Positions 24,663 through 35,000 of a stretch of 51,412 nucleotides of DNA are shown in pieces. The translations under genes and the position numbers were made by a program. Each line of letters starts with the position of its first letter. Position 1 is the stretch's first letter. Under the pieces are notes generated by a model. That model ran no database searches, was not told where the DNA came from, and was given only the letters and a program-made list of their open reading frames with translations. The stretch is from Chiloscyllium plagiosum (Eukaryota): contig NC_057728.1 of the NCBI RefSeq assembly GCF_004010195.1, forward strand, positions 44,254,791 to 44,306,202. Direction: 5' to 3'.

Positions 24663-25897
24663 CCCTGTTATTTTTCCCTTAACAAATATGCACCTGGGAC
24701 AGAAACATATATTACAAGTTCCAGGTTCATGCTTTAATGCCCAGAGATGATTACTTTTAGATGAAAAGGAAGAGAATGACCTGCCTTATTTTTGCTTATA
24801 CTTGATATGGTCTGCATCTGTACAGTGTATCTCCTCAATAGACATTTTTCTCTTTCCTCATTGTTGGAATTGGGCTGGAAACTTCTTCCTTACGATAGCT
24901 GTATTCAGTTTCTTAATACCAGAGGTTATACTTAATTTGTCACGCAATCGTTTCTGTGAGATGTAATAAAAACAGGAGGGATATCGATTGAGGTCTGATG
25001 TCACAGATTTAGAGTATTGTTCTTTAAGTATATGAACACCTCTCAGGGAACTAAAATCATAATTGTACATTTTATGAAAATGTAAACTTAGTACTCAGTA
25101 GCTAGAATTGGAGTTCTGGCTGTCTGAGTATGGAAATTAGTTGTTCAAAAGTCATCTGCACATTGCTAGTTGAAGGAGCCTCAAATAAGCCCTTTCTATT
25201 TTAATTTGGATGTCTCATGTGTGGTCCTTACAGATTGTAACCTTATTCCTGCATGTGAGGTCTGTGGCTCCCCCCTCTCCCTGACAGATGAGAAACCAGT
25301 CAGCAGTGAATGATACAGCTCATACAGCTTCTTTGCTGTCCTTCTTACTTAAATATAATGGCGAATGCAATAATTGCAGGTTTCTTTCACTCTAATCAAA
25401 TCTTCGTTATCACAAAGACAATCCTATCATATTCCTCATCATTGTTTTGGTCATTTACACTGGTGAGTATTACAGCTATTTAGTTTTCAGTTGGAGAACA
25501 CTGGCAGATAATGTTATGGGACTTACTTTTGCAGTCGTATTCATAATTCACAAGTATTGAGTCAACAGATGTGTTTGCATCTATAACAATTTAAGTGATG
25601 ACACTAGAGTAGACAATGTTTCAGAGAACACCTCTGGGACACCCGGACCAACCAAACTAACCACCCCGTCGCTCAACACTTCAACTCCCCTTCCCACTCC
25701 ACCAAGGACATGCAGGTCCTTAGACTCTTCCATCGCCAGACTATAGCAACACAACGGCTGGAGGAAGAGCACCTCATCTTCCGCCTAGGAACCCTCCAAC
25801 CACAAGGGATGAACTCAGATTTCTCCAGTTTCCTCATTTCCCCTGCCCCCACCTTGTCTCAGTCCCAACCCTCGAACTCAGCACCACCTTCCTAACC

Positions 25898-26160
25898 AAC
25901 GAGGTAAAAACAATGACTGCAGATGCTGGAAACCAGATTCTGGATTAGTGGTGCTGGAAGAGCACTGCAGTTCAGGCAGTATCCAAGGAACTTTGAAATC
26001 TTTTCTGGATTAGTGGTGCTGGAAGAGCACAGCAGTTCAGGCAGCATCCAAGGAGCTTTGAAATCTAGTGGTGCTGGAAGAGCACAGCAGTTCAGGCAGC
26101 ATCCAAGGAGCTTGGATGCTGCCTGAACTGCTGTGCTCTTCCAGCACCACTAATCCAGAA
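25898..26160. mobile_element. Nested Penelope-derived insertion: three tandem antisense terminal segments plus one inverted segment
   Basis: Units at 25898-26000, 26003-26065 and 26066-26110, then an inverted arm at 26111-26160. Perfect 14-bp TSD ccaccttcctaacc at 25884-25897 and 26161-26174. Confidence 0.9.
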
Positions 26161-26324
26161 CCACCTTCCTAACCTGCAATCTTCTTCCTGACCTCTCCAT
26201 CCCCACCCCCATTCCGGCCTATCACCCTCACCTTAACCTCCTTCCACCTATCGCATTTCCAACACCCCTCCCCCAAGTCCCTCCTCCCTACCTTTTATCT
26301 TAGCCTGCTTGGCACACCTTCCTC

Positions 26325-26360
26325 ATTCCTGAAGAAGGGCTCATGCCCGAAACATCGATT
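26325..26360 (+). ncRNA. Minimal hammerhead ribozyme motif
   Basis: attc-CTGAAGA-A-GGGC-TCAT-GCCC-GAAAC-ATC-gatt, with G16.2>A, probably by CpG decay. Confidence 0.7.
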
Positions 26361-27067
26361 CTCCTGCTCTTTGGATGCTGCCTGACTTGCTGCGCTTTTC
26401 CAGCAACACATTTTCAACTCTGATCGCCAGCATCTGCAGTCCTCACTTTCTCCTAGACAACATGCTGCACAAGTGCAGCTCAGCTTTGTTACCTGCTTCT
26501 GATGTAATGCTGCCCTTCTGTTAAAACCTTGCCCATGGATACATACTAGAAAGTAATCAATTCTACATCCAGTGTTACCTGCTATAAAGCAACAAAAGTG
26601 AACACACTGAGCTCTGGATAATACAGCAGGATCATTGTGTAGTTGCCTATACTTATATAATGGAAATACGTTTAACTTTTAGTAATGGCCCAAAAATGAA
26701 TGATATTGTCTCATTTATCAGTTTTGAACTCTATTTGCTTTTCCTTTGCAGTGACAAGAAAGGCTAATTGAGCAGGGTATATTGGACAGATGATCTGGTG
26801 TTGTTGAAAGTTAATATTACCCTCATTAATGTGTCTAAATGACAGGATTATTAGCTGTGAGACAAAAACTTGCAGTTTTACTTATCATTAACTAAAATTA
26901 AACCTCCCCAAAATATTGCTGATATTGCAAGTTGTGCTGATTATTTTTGAAAAATATACTGCATTAACAGGAACAATATTGGATCAATATATTTCTGCTC
27001 TGTCCATCAAAACATAATGAGCAACTGGAGAAGAAATGGAAAGATAGGGAGAAATTTATTAAAACAT

Positions 27068-27314
27068 AGGGTGTAGGTTTGCTTGCTGAGCTGTAGGTTT
27101 GATATCCAGACGTTTCATTACCTGGCTAGGTAACATCATCAGTGGCGACCTCTAAGTGAAGCGAAGCTGTTGTCTCCTGCTTTCTATTTATTCCTTTCTC
27201 CTGGGTGGGGTTCCTGGGGTTTGTGATGATGTCATTTCCTGTTCATTTTCTGAGGGGTTGATAGATGGCATCAAGATCTATGTGCTTGTGGTTGGAGTGC
27301 CAGGCCTCTAGGAA
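27068..27314 (-). mobile_element. Penelope-like element 3' remnant of a distinct family, with TSD
   Basis: The minus strand encodes FLEAWHSN..HIDLDAIYQPLRK (GIY-YIG C-terminus). Hammerhead at 27106-27145. A 12-bp TSD ttattaaaacat lies at 27056-27067 and 27315-27326. Confidence 0.85.
27106..27145 (-). ncRNA. Minimal hammerhead ribozyme motif with an intact core
   Basis: cca-CTGATGA-T-GTTACC-TAGCCA-GGTAAT-GAAAC-GTC-tgg. Stem I is cca/tgg, stem II is 6 bp, stem III is the palindrome ACGT, and the cleavage triplet is GUC. Confidence 0.8.
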
Positions 27315-27739
27315 TTATTAAAACATGAGTCCCTAGTACTTTTAGTATATAGATCAAAGACCTTTATTGCAACAATTACAACATTATGCGTACAAGTTAT
27401 AAGAATTTTGTTAAAGGGATTAAAAACAGCGGCCAAACACATTTTTATATTAGTGAGCTTATTAAAATTGAAAAATAAGTAGAAACTGCAGCATTGCAGG
27501 AGAATAGAATACTGAGTGGACTGTCAATGATTACCATTTCCAGTCTAGACTGCTTAAGCAAAAATAAGAGATAAAGAACTTTATCATGACAGCCCTGCTC
27601 ATTCTCACCAATACTACTACCAATGGCAGATGTCACTGATTAGGTGTCAGACTGAAGACTCCAATCTTGTTCGGTGAACAAAACCCAATTTCAATGGAAT
27701 TACCAGTTGGTATAGTAATGAAAGATATCACATGGCTTT

Positions 27740-28085
27740 TCCCAATTTCTCCTCTTCTCTCTTAAAGGTGGTTGGTCAGTTGAGGGTATGGTTTCATGGG
27801 CAGCTGTAGCTATCCAGCACCTTTCATAAACATTTCACAAACAATGATGTTTGAGACATGGGAGAAGGGCATCAAAACCAAAAACATGTTGCCCCAGCTA
27901 CTGGCTCGCAGTTTTCAATGAAGGATGTTGAATAATAATTAGGAATGGGAAACGTGGTTGAAGTATTTCTTCTTTCTAACCTAGGAAGGCTAAAACAACT
28001 GCTAATGCTCTGAAATATGGCTGGGATGTAATCTGTCATTTTCATGAATTAAAATCTTCTGTTTTCAAGCATTAAGCCATTGCAA
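27740..28085 (-). mobile_element. Possible old SINE remnant
   Basis: Resembles, from memory, the reverse complement of a common elasmobranch SINE (tttctcctcttctctc..gaagg...gggtatggtttcatgggc...aggaatgggaa...ctaacctagg). Highly diverged. Confidence 0.35.
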
Positions 28086-28833
28086 ATGCCATCAGAGTGT
28101 TAGTGACATCTGTCATTGTTAGTAGTATTAGTATGAATGAGCAAGGCTGTCAGGGTAAAGTCCTATATCTCTTGCTTTTTGCTTAGTGAGTCTAGACTGT
28201 AAGTTTAATCATTGACTGTCTACTCAGTATGATGTTTTCCTGTACTGTTGCAGTTTCTACTTATTTTTCAATTTTAATAATCTTACTAACATACAAATGT
28301 GTTTGGCTGCTCTTATTAATCCCTTTAACAAAATGCTTAATCAAAACTATTATCACTTTCATGTCATCTTTAATTATGTTTTGGTATTTGCTAAGGTAGT
28401 CACTAATTTTTAGATGAAGCCAATTCCTTTGTTAAACTGGCTGTTGTTAACAGCATAGTGATACATATATCCAAAATGAATTCTCAAGTTTGCACACATT
28501 AATACATTTCTCTTAATGTGGCAGGCATTTACTTTTAATTAGTAAAACATAGAATAATTCTTTTAAAATTATTTCAGATTCCATGTTACAGGTGGTGTAT
28601 AACTAAATGGATCATTTTAGGTCATTGTGGACCTCTTATGATTTTTAAATTGAAATGTCTACCAGTTTGAATGTGTTCCTTTTTCACATGTTGCATGAGT
28701 GTAAGTTGGCAGGTGTAATGCAAGCACACATTACATGCCAGAAAAGTACCATTCTCCACGTTTGTGAAGGCTGCAAAAGAGCAAGGTGACCTGGACATAT
28801 ATTTGATGGAGGAACTAGGCCAGAAATATTCAA

Positions 28834-29134
28834 CAAGGTAAAAACAATGACTGCAGATGCTGGAAACCAGATTCTGGATCAATGGTGCTGGAAGAGCACA
28901 GCAGTTCAGGCAGCATCGAGGAGCTTCAGCAAAATCGACGTTTCGGGCAAAAGCCCTTCATCAGGAATAAAGGCAGTGAGCCTGAAGCGTGGACTGGGGT
29001 TGAAGTGTTCCGAGGCGGAAGATGAGGCATTCTTCCTCCAGGCGTCTGGTGGTGAGGGAGCGGCGGTGAAGGAGGCCCGGACTGCTGTGCTCTTCCAGCA
29101 CCATTGGTGCTCTTCCAGCACCATTGATCCAGAA
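28834..29134. mobile_element. Rearranged Penelope-derived insertion: antisense pLTR with hammerhead, a GIY-YIG fragment and an inverted arm
   Basis: 28834-28993 is the antisense terminus. 28994-29082 (-) encodes GLLHRRSLTTRRLEEECLIFRLGTLQPQ. The sense arm at 29081-29134 has an internal duplication. A 14-bp TSD ccagaaatattcaa lies at 28820-28833 and 29129-29142. Confidence 0.88.
28933..28968 (-). ncRNA. Minimal hammerhead ribozyme motif with an intact core
   Basis: attc-CTGATGA-A-GGGC-TTTT-GCCC-GAAAC-GTC-gatt. Confidence 0.8.
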
Positions 29135-29494
29135 ATATTCAAGACAACAATGTTTATATGTAACCCTTAAAGGTCTTGGAAGCTGCTACCAGAAAGATAG
29201 CTTGGGGGTGGTAGATGGTGTAGAGATAGTGTCCCTGGATTAGTAATCCAGCAACCAGACTAATGTGCTTTGGATATGAGAGCATCAAATCACAGCCCTT
29301 GGTGGGAATGTGAATTCATTTGATACATTTGGAAAATGAAGCTCATGTTAATATTGAATCCATGAAACTACCATTCATTGTCACTTGAGCTCTTCTAGTA
29401 TATTGATGTTCTTTAGGGAGGGAAATCTAAAATCCTTGCTCGGTTTGGCCTATGTATGACTCTTGAGCTAGAATGATGTTTTGAGTCTTAAGAG

Positions 29495-29593
29495 CTGAAA
29501 CTTTATTGCTGGAACAGCACAGCAGGTCAGGCAGCATCTAGGGAACAGAAGATTCGACGTTTCGGGCACATGCCCTTCTTCAGGAAAGACTCC
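29495..29593 (-). mobile_element. Solo Penelope pLTR terminal fragment of about 100 bp with an intact hammerhead and TSD
   Basis: A 15-bp TSD tttgagtcttaagag lies at 29480-29494 and 29594-29608. Hammerhead at 29553-29586. Confidence 0.88.
29553..29586 (-). ncRNA. Minimal hammerhead ribozyme motif with an intact core
   Basis: ttc-CTGAAGA-A-GGGC-ATGT-GCCC-GAAAC-GTC-gaa. Stem I is ttc/gaa. Confidence 0.82.
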
Positions 29594-29794
29594 TTTGAGT
29601 CTTAAGAGTCTACTGAAAAGGCAAGCCAGCCAGTTAATTCAAAGTCAATAAGTAATGGGTGATAAATTGACAATCTATGAAGTAGTATTTTTTTTAAATG
29701 CCAGCCTCTTGAGATAATTTTCTGATTGGTGAAAGGGTATCTGCACTTTTATGAACTGTAATATTGTAATTATCTGACCCCTTAATTTGTGTTA

Positions 29795-29979
29795 GAGATA
29801 GATACAATTACAACAGTTAAAAGACATTTGGACAGGTGTACGAATAGGAAAGGTTTAGATGAATATGGGCTAAATACAGGCAAATGGGTCTAGTTTAGTT
29901 TGGGAAACCTGGTCAACATGAGCAATTTGGACCAAAGTGTCTGTTTCCATGCTGTATGTGTCTATAACTCTATAACTCC
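29795..29979 (+). mobile_element. CR1 3'-tail fragment
   Basis: tacaattacaaca...aataggaaaggtttag...ctgtttccatgctgtat followed by (ctataact)2. Confidence 0.88.
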
Positions 29980-30561
29980 AGAGCCTTAACTCTTAGTAAT
30001 AATTCTATGGAGGCTCTCCTTTGCTCTTTATAACTGTTTATTTACAGTCACCTTCCTTATTTTGGAAGATCATTATTGTCAGGTTTGCTAAATAACTCAA
30101 ACCTTCTTAACCAGGTGGTAGCTCAGCAGATAGCTTAGAGAAAGAATAAACAGATGATCTAATTCAAAATATCACAGTAAGTTTTAATAGGTTCAACTTC
30201 TATAATGCATAAAATCTGGTTTTGACAGAATTACTATTATGAACTGAGTCAAAAGCATACTTGTTATAATTATTTACCATGGGATCAAAATTGTTCAGTC
30301 CAGTCTTTCAATGCTCATAGTTAAATCACTGCTTCAGTCTTTTATTTTTTCACAATCCCATATACATTAAAAAGAGGTATAACTTTCTCAGCAGCCAATG
30401 CCAAAAATTCTAACTTAAAACTTCTTTCTGTAACAAACAAACTAAAATCAAGACCGACTCTTTGACTACGACTACGCATTATTCAGCAGGCAACTAATGA
30501 TTCTAAACAAAAAATGGTTAGATTTTCATGAAACAATTAACACAAACAGAAAATAGATTGC

Positions 30562-30806
30562 AAACAAAAACAGTAATTGCTGGAAAAACTCAGTGGGTCT
30601 GGCAGCATCTGTGGACAGAAATCAGAGTTAGCATTTCGGGTCCATTGACCCTTCTTCAGAACTGAAGTATACTGAAGAAGAGTCACAGGACCCAAAACAT
30701 TCACTCTCATTTCTCTTCACAAGTGCTGTCAAATATGCTGAGCTTTTCCAGCAATTTCTGTTTTTGTCTCTGATTTCCAGCATTTGCAGTTCTTTCAGTT
30801 TGTTTT
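30562..30806. mobile_element. Older Penelope-derived fold-back insertion with degenerate back-to-back hammerheads
   Basis: Inverted arms around ...gacccttcttcagaactgaagtatactgaagaagagtcacaggacccaaaac.... Same family as 16599-16842. Confidence 0.78.
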
Positions 30807-31801
30807 AGGAAGTAGTTTAAACATGCCTAATACAGTATGTCACACTCTCACCAGATATAGCTCTGTAGTTACAGTTCCAAACTCCTCTTGTCCTCTTCTC
30901 TTTGCCTTATCGGGGTGAATGTTCTAATGCCGTTTAGAAATTCCTTTCAGTCAATCTCCTAAATTTCATCAAACAAGCTTTCAGTAGCAAGTAATCCTCT
31001 GATGACTCCTTCATCATTGTATTGATACAAATTCAATATTTCCAAACTGAGACCTTATTCTCATCACTATTCTGCTAAGTAGTTAACATTATATGGTTTT
31101 TGCTGTCTGCTTGGCAGAGCAGAAACTCTTTTATGTCTTCCTCTTCATATCTCTGGCTGACTGGCTGAGTAATGAAAGACTATGTCCTGCAAACCCAGCT
31201 ACTCCTCTTTTTATTCAATGTGTAAAACTGACACTTGTGTTTCTATGGGTCTATACCTGGGGCTCTGTCCCCATGGGAACCAAATCACATACGCCTCTCT
31301 CCTGATGGGCTTCAATTATTTTCAGCAATCCCCATTCCTGGGTGTTTTGTTTTATTTTAAATTATAAGGACAATTTAAAACATTACTATATACTAAATTA
31401 CTGTATTCAGCACACTTCCCAATTCTGCCTTTGCTGAAATAATAATAGAAAATACTGGAAGTACTCAGCAGGTCTTCCTTTGCTGACATGACCCAAGTTT
31501 TCTGACTCCAGTTCAGAAACTATAAATGATTCACTGAGCTCCGTTAGCTTCCTTATTTGTGATTTTGTTTTCAGCACAACAGTTGTACTTGTCCTCTCTA
31601 GATCCTGACTCACTATTTTTTTCTTGATTAATTTTGATGATTCTAAAAGAACACCAAACAGTATAATCGAAACTCACAAGGTGTTGATCAAATTGGGTAA
31701 AGGGCCACCTTACCACCTTTGAATGCAATAAGCTTTCCAGATCTGAAGTTTGCAATTATTAAACTTTTCATTTTGAATCTTTAGAATAGATGATCGTCTG
31801 G

Positions 31802-32024
31802 GAGAAAGTTAGGACTGCAGATGCTGGAGTACCAGAGTTGCCAAATGTGGTGCTGGAAAAACACAGCAGGCCAGGCAGCATCCGAGGAGCAGGAGAATCG
31901 ACGTTTCGGGCATAAGCCCTTCTTCAGCCCTGAAGAAGGGCTTATGCCTGAAACGTCGAATCTCCTGCTCCTCAGATGCTGACTGGCCTGCTGTGTTTTT
32001 CCAGCACCACATTTTTCGACTCTC
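31802..32024. mobile_element. Penelope-derived fold-back insertion with two hammerhead cores 2 nt apart
   Basis: Arms of about 94 bp centred on cttcttcag-cc-ctgaagaag, with an extra tail on the left arm. A 13-bp TSD gatgatc(g/t)tctgg lies at 31789-31801 and 32025-32037. Confidence 0.9.
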
Positions 32025-32789
32025 GATGATCTTCTGGCTTACTATGGACAGCCTCCTTCAGATTGTATGATGAAGCTAAACAGTGTTAGACATTGCAAAA
32101 AGTAAAGCTGTTACAGTTATACATGATTGCTCCTCAGCTAAATACAAAATTCATCTGATGCCCTCTTTTATCATGTAGCAATTGCAGTAATGTACATCAC
32201 ATAAGGAGCTCATTAGGTCCATCAATTCTGTTGTGTTATATGTTCACTACTACCGACAGCAATTAGTTGAATCCTAAGGTGATTCTATGTGTAGTTCTGG
32301 CATGAATTGACAACTTATGTTGCACAGCTACACTGATTAGGATTGAACATTGACTAATATTGCCACTGAAACCATAGATATCATTGCTGTAACAAGTCTG
32401 AATATCTGTCACTTTCTCAAGTAATGGTTAAGAATCTCACATCATCTGCAGAAAACGTAAGTACCTTTATCTTTAAAAAGTAACATCTTGGGTAACCATT
32501 AAATCGACAACTTCGAATATTTGCCATGTCATTTTGTCAAATAGCATGGTAAACAAAAGTATATGGCTCTTTCAAATTCTCCTGGCTCCATCAAGTTTTC
32601 ACGAATGATGAGCAATTGAACTGAACTGTACAATTAGCACAGTAACCCTATGCCTGACACTCATCAGACAGTAAACCAGCCACTTACCTGCAAAAAATCT
32701 TTCCAGCCAAACATCTAATGGAAGATCCTGAAAATCTCCCTCAGTTCAAGAATCCTCAGAGGTAGGAGCAAAGACAACTTGCATTGAAG

Positions 32790-33281
32790 TCAAGAGTGGG
32801 ATGCTGGAGAAGCACAGCAGGTCAGGCAGCATCTGGTAGCATAGTGACTCAGTAGTTAGCATTGCTGCCTCAAAGCACCAGGGACCCAAGTTTAATTCCT
32901 GCCTCAGGTGTGGAGTTTGCACGTTCTCCCTGTGTCTGCGTGGGTTTCCTCCAGGTGCTCCGGTTTCCTCCCACTATCCAAAGATGTGCAGGTCAGGTAA
33001 ATTGGCCATGCTAAATTGCTCATAGTATTAGCTGCATTAGTCAGGGGTAAATATAGGGTAGGGGAATGGGTCTGGGTGGGTTACTCTTTGGAGGGTCAGT
33101 GTGGACTTGTTGAGCCGAAGGGCCTGTTTCCACACTGTAGGCAATCTAATCTGAAGAGCAGGAGAATCTTGCTCAAAATGTGGACTAACCTACTCCTTGG
33201 ATGCTACCTGACCTGCTGTGCTTTTTCCAGCACCCCGCTCTTGACTCTGATCTCCAGCATCTGCAGTCCTCACTATCTCCT
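32790..33281. mobile_element. Penelope-derived fold-back insertion interrupted by an HE1 SINE
   Basis: Antisense arm at 32790-32834 plus 33153-33168; sense arm at 33169-33281. A degenerate 14-bp TSD tt(g/t)cattgaag(t/c)ca lies at 32779-32792 and 33281-33294. Confidence 0.8.
32835..33152 (+). mobile_element. HE1 SINE
   Basis: tRNA-like head, V domain and tail gaagggcctgtttccacactgtag plus (aatct)2. Inserted at atct. Confidence 0.92.
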
Positions 33282-33548
33282 TTCATTGAAGCCACACTCT
33301 CTTCTGCTCCCCCACTTTTATGGCACTGGCTGCAGTATTTTGAAAAGTGTTTAATACTCTCAAAGTTTCTTAATTTGGTGGTGTATGAGATAAGGGTGAA
33401 TGTGTGCATGCAGTATGTAAATGAGTGGAGAGTTGTTGGTATAGCACATAGTAGAGAAGACCACATGGCAACTGGTTCAGGTGACAGTTTGGTAGATGGC
33501 AGTTGGTGAGGCAACTGAAGTAGGTAGTTAGGTGAGAAGGTGGGCTTT

Positions 33549-33888
33549 TAGATTCAATTGAATCTCTACAGTGTTGAAACAGGCCCTTTGGCTCAACAAG
33601 TCCACACCAACCCTCCAAAGAGTAATCCTGCCAGACCCATTCCCCTATATTTACCCCAGACTAATGCACCTAACCTACACATCCCTGAACATGATGGGGT
33701 AACTTAGCATGTCCAATTCACCTAACCTGCACATTTTTGGATTGTGGGAGGAAACTGGAGCCCAGAGGAAACTCACGCAGACATGGGGAGAATGCGTAAA
33801 CTTCACACAGTTAGTCACCCAAGGCTGGAATCAAACCCAGGTCCATGGCATAGTGAGACAGCAGTGCTAGCCACTGAGCCACTGTGCC
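33549..33888 (-). mobile_element. HE1 SINE
   Basis: Reverse complement of a full HE1 with head, V domain and tail. Confidence 0.92.
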
Positions 33889-34765
33889 ATGAAGGAATTC
33901 TTTTGGGGAAGAGGGTTTACTTAGTCACCCAGACGTTAGACTAGAATTCTTCTCTCCAACATTTCCTGGGGTTAACTATCCAATGTTTTTGAACTGTCTA
34001 AAGTCTATGACTTTAACTTAGAAAGTCAAAGACTTTTTTGGAGGCTGCCAAGGAGCTAGGGAATCATGGAAGATCAAAGTTTCTGGGTAATTTCCACGGA
34101 GTCAGTGCATCAGAATTTCTGTGGGGTCCAGACATGCAACTGAGCTGAAAGTCTCGTCTCTAACAATCTTGAGACCGGAAGATCTGGACCTGTGTAACGT
34201 GCCACAGAGCAAAGAAAAAGTCTTGCCTTCCTAAATCTGACCACAGATTGCAAAACGATCAATTTCGAAAATGTAAGTCTTGTATAATAAATCATTTTAA
34301 TTTAAAACAGATACAGATGCCAGGTCTAGACTCTTTAATAATGATAAAAAGCAGGACCCTACAGGAATGAAATCTAAACTTAAATCCTGTCAGCGTATTT
34401 TTTATTTCAAGTTCCTGTCAAGAATTTTAAATCAGTTCTTGATCCAACAAATTAGTTACAAATAGCAAATCTGATAAGAATAGGCTTTGTTTAAGAACAA
34501 AGCCATTTTCTGTACTGACTTTTTTCTCATTCACTACAGCATACCAATAACTTTTAGAAAGAGAAGTCATTTGGTAATTAGTTTATGAGAACTAGGTACA
34601 AGAATCAATCTAAATGTTAGTAGAATAGGTCTGAAACACACATAATATTGGATTTTGGACCTTATTTATATGACGTCAGTGAGCCATTTTGCTTTTTGAC
34701 ATCCCCACTAGAGCCAAGCAGAATATTTTTATATCTCCAAGTTCCAACTACAGATAGTTTACATA

Positions 34766-35000
34766 TTTTTTATGCTTTCATGGGATGTGTGTGTCAGTGG
34801 CATTTGTTGTTGATCCATTTTTGATTGCCCTTGAACTGAATGGCTTGCTCAGCAATTTCAGATACCACTTATGAGTCGATCACATCACAAGGGATCTGGA
34901 ATCATACGTTGGTCAAACTACATAAGGATAGCAGATTTTCTTCCCTAAAAGACATTAGTGAACCAGATGGGTTTTTGCAACAATTAAAGTAGTTTCATGG
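34766..35000 (-). mobile_element. tRNA-derived SINE 3' portion (family of 22741-23076)
   Basis: Reverse complement contains aaaaacccatctggttcactaatgtcttttagggaagaaaatctgctatcctta. Confidence 0.8.

Larger units (their letters stand above)
25617..26456 (+). mobile_element. 5'-truncated Penelope-like element: GIY-YIG endonuclease C-terminus, 3' UTR and pLTR with hammerhead
   Basis: Reads FREHLWDTRTNQTNHPVAQHFNSPSHSTKDMQVL...RLEEEHLIFRLGTLQPQGMN. Hammerhead at 26325-26360. Terminal gcatctgcagtcctcactttctcc. Confidence 0.9.
29218..29670 (+). mobile_element. Degenerate tRNA-derived SINE (same family as 22741-23076) interrupted by a Penelope terminal fragment
   Basis: ctggattagtaatccag...gttctttagggagggaaatct...tggcctatgtatgactc. 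Confidence 0.7.

Noticed and set aside
25898..26112. Tandem repeats resembling a mini CRISPR or satellite
   Set aside because: The units are variable-length pieces of a Penelope terminus inside a single TSD.
28714..29245. Open frame (HARKVPFSTFVKAAKEQGDLDIYLMEELGQKYS|RQQCLY...) continuing across the Penelope insert
   Set aside because: No start codon, clear splice sites or recognisable homology, and the frame runs into a SINE. Likely chance.
30262..31372. Possible reverse-orientation solo LTR
   Set aside because: A TG start is present, but no convincing CA end or TSD could be fixed.
32688..32727. Minus-strand mini-exon DLPLDVWLERFFA with a perfect CAG|GTAAGT donor
   Set aside because: The acceptor lacks a pyrimidine tract, and longer versions contain stops.
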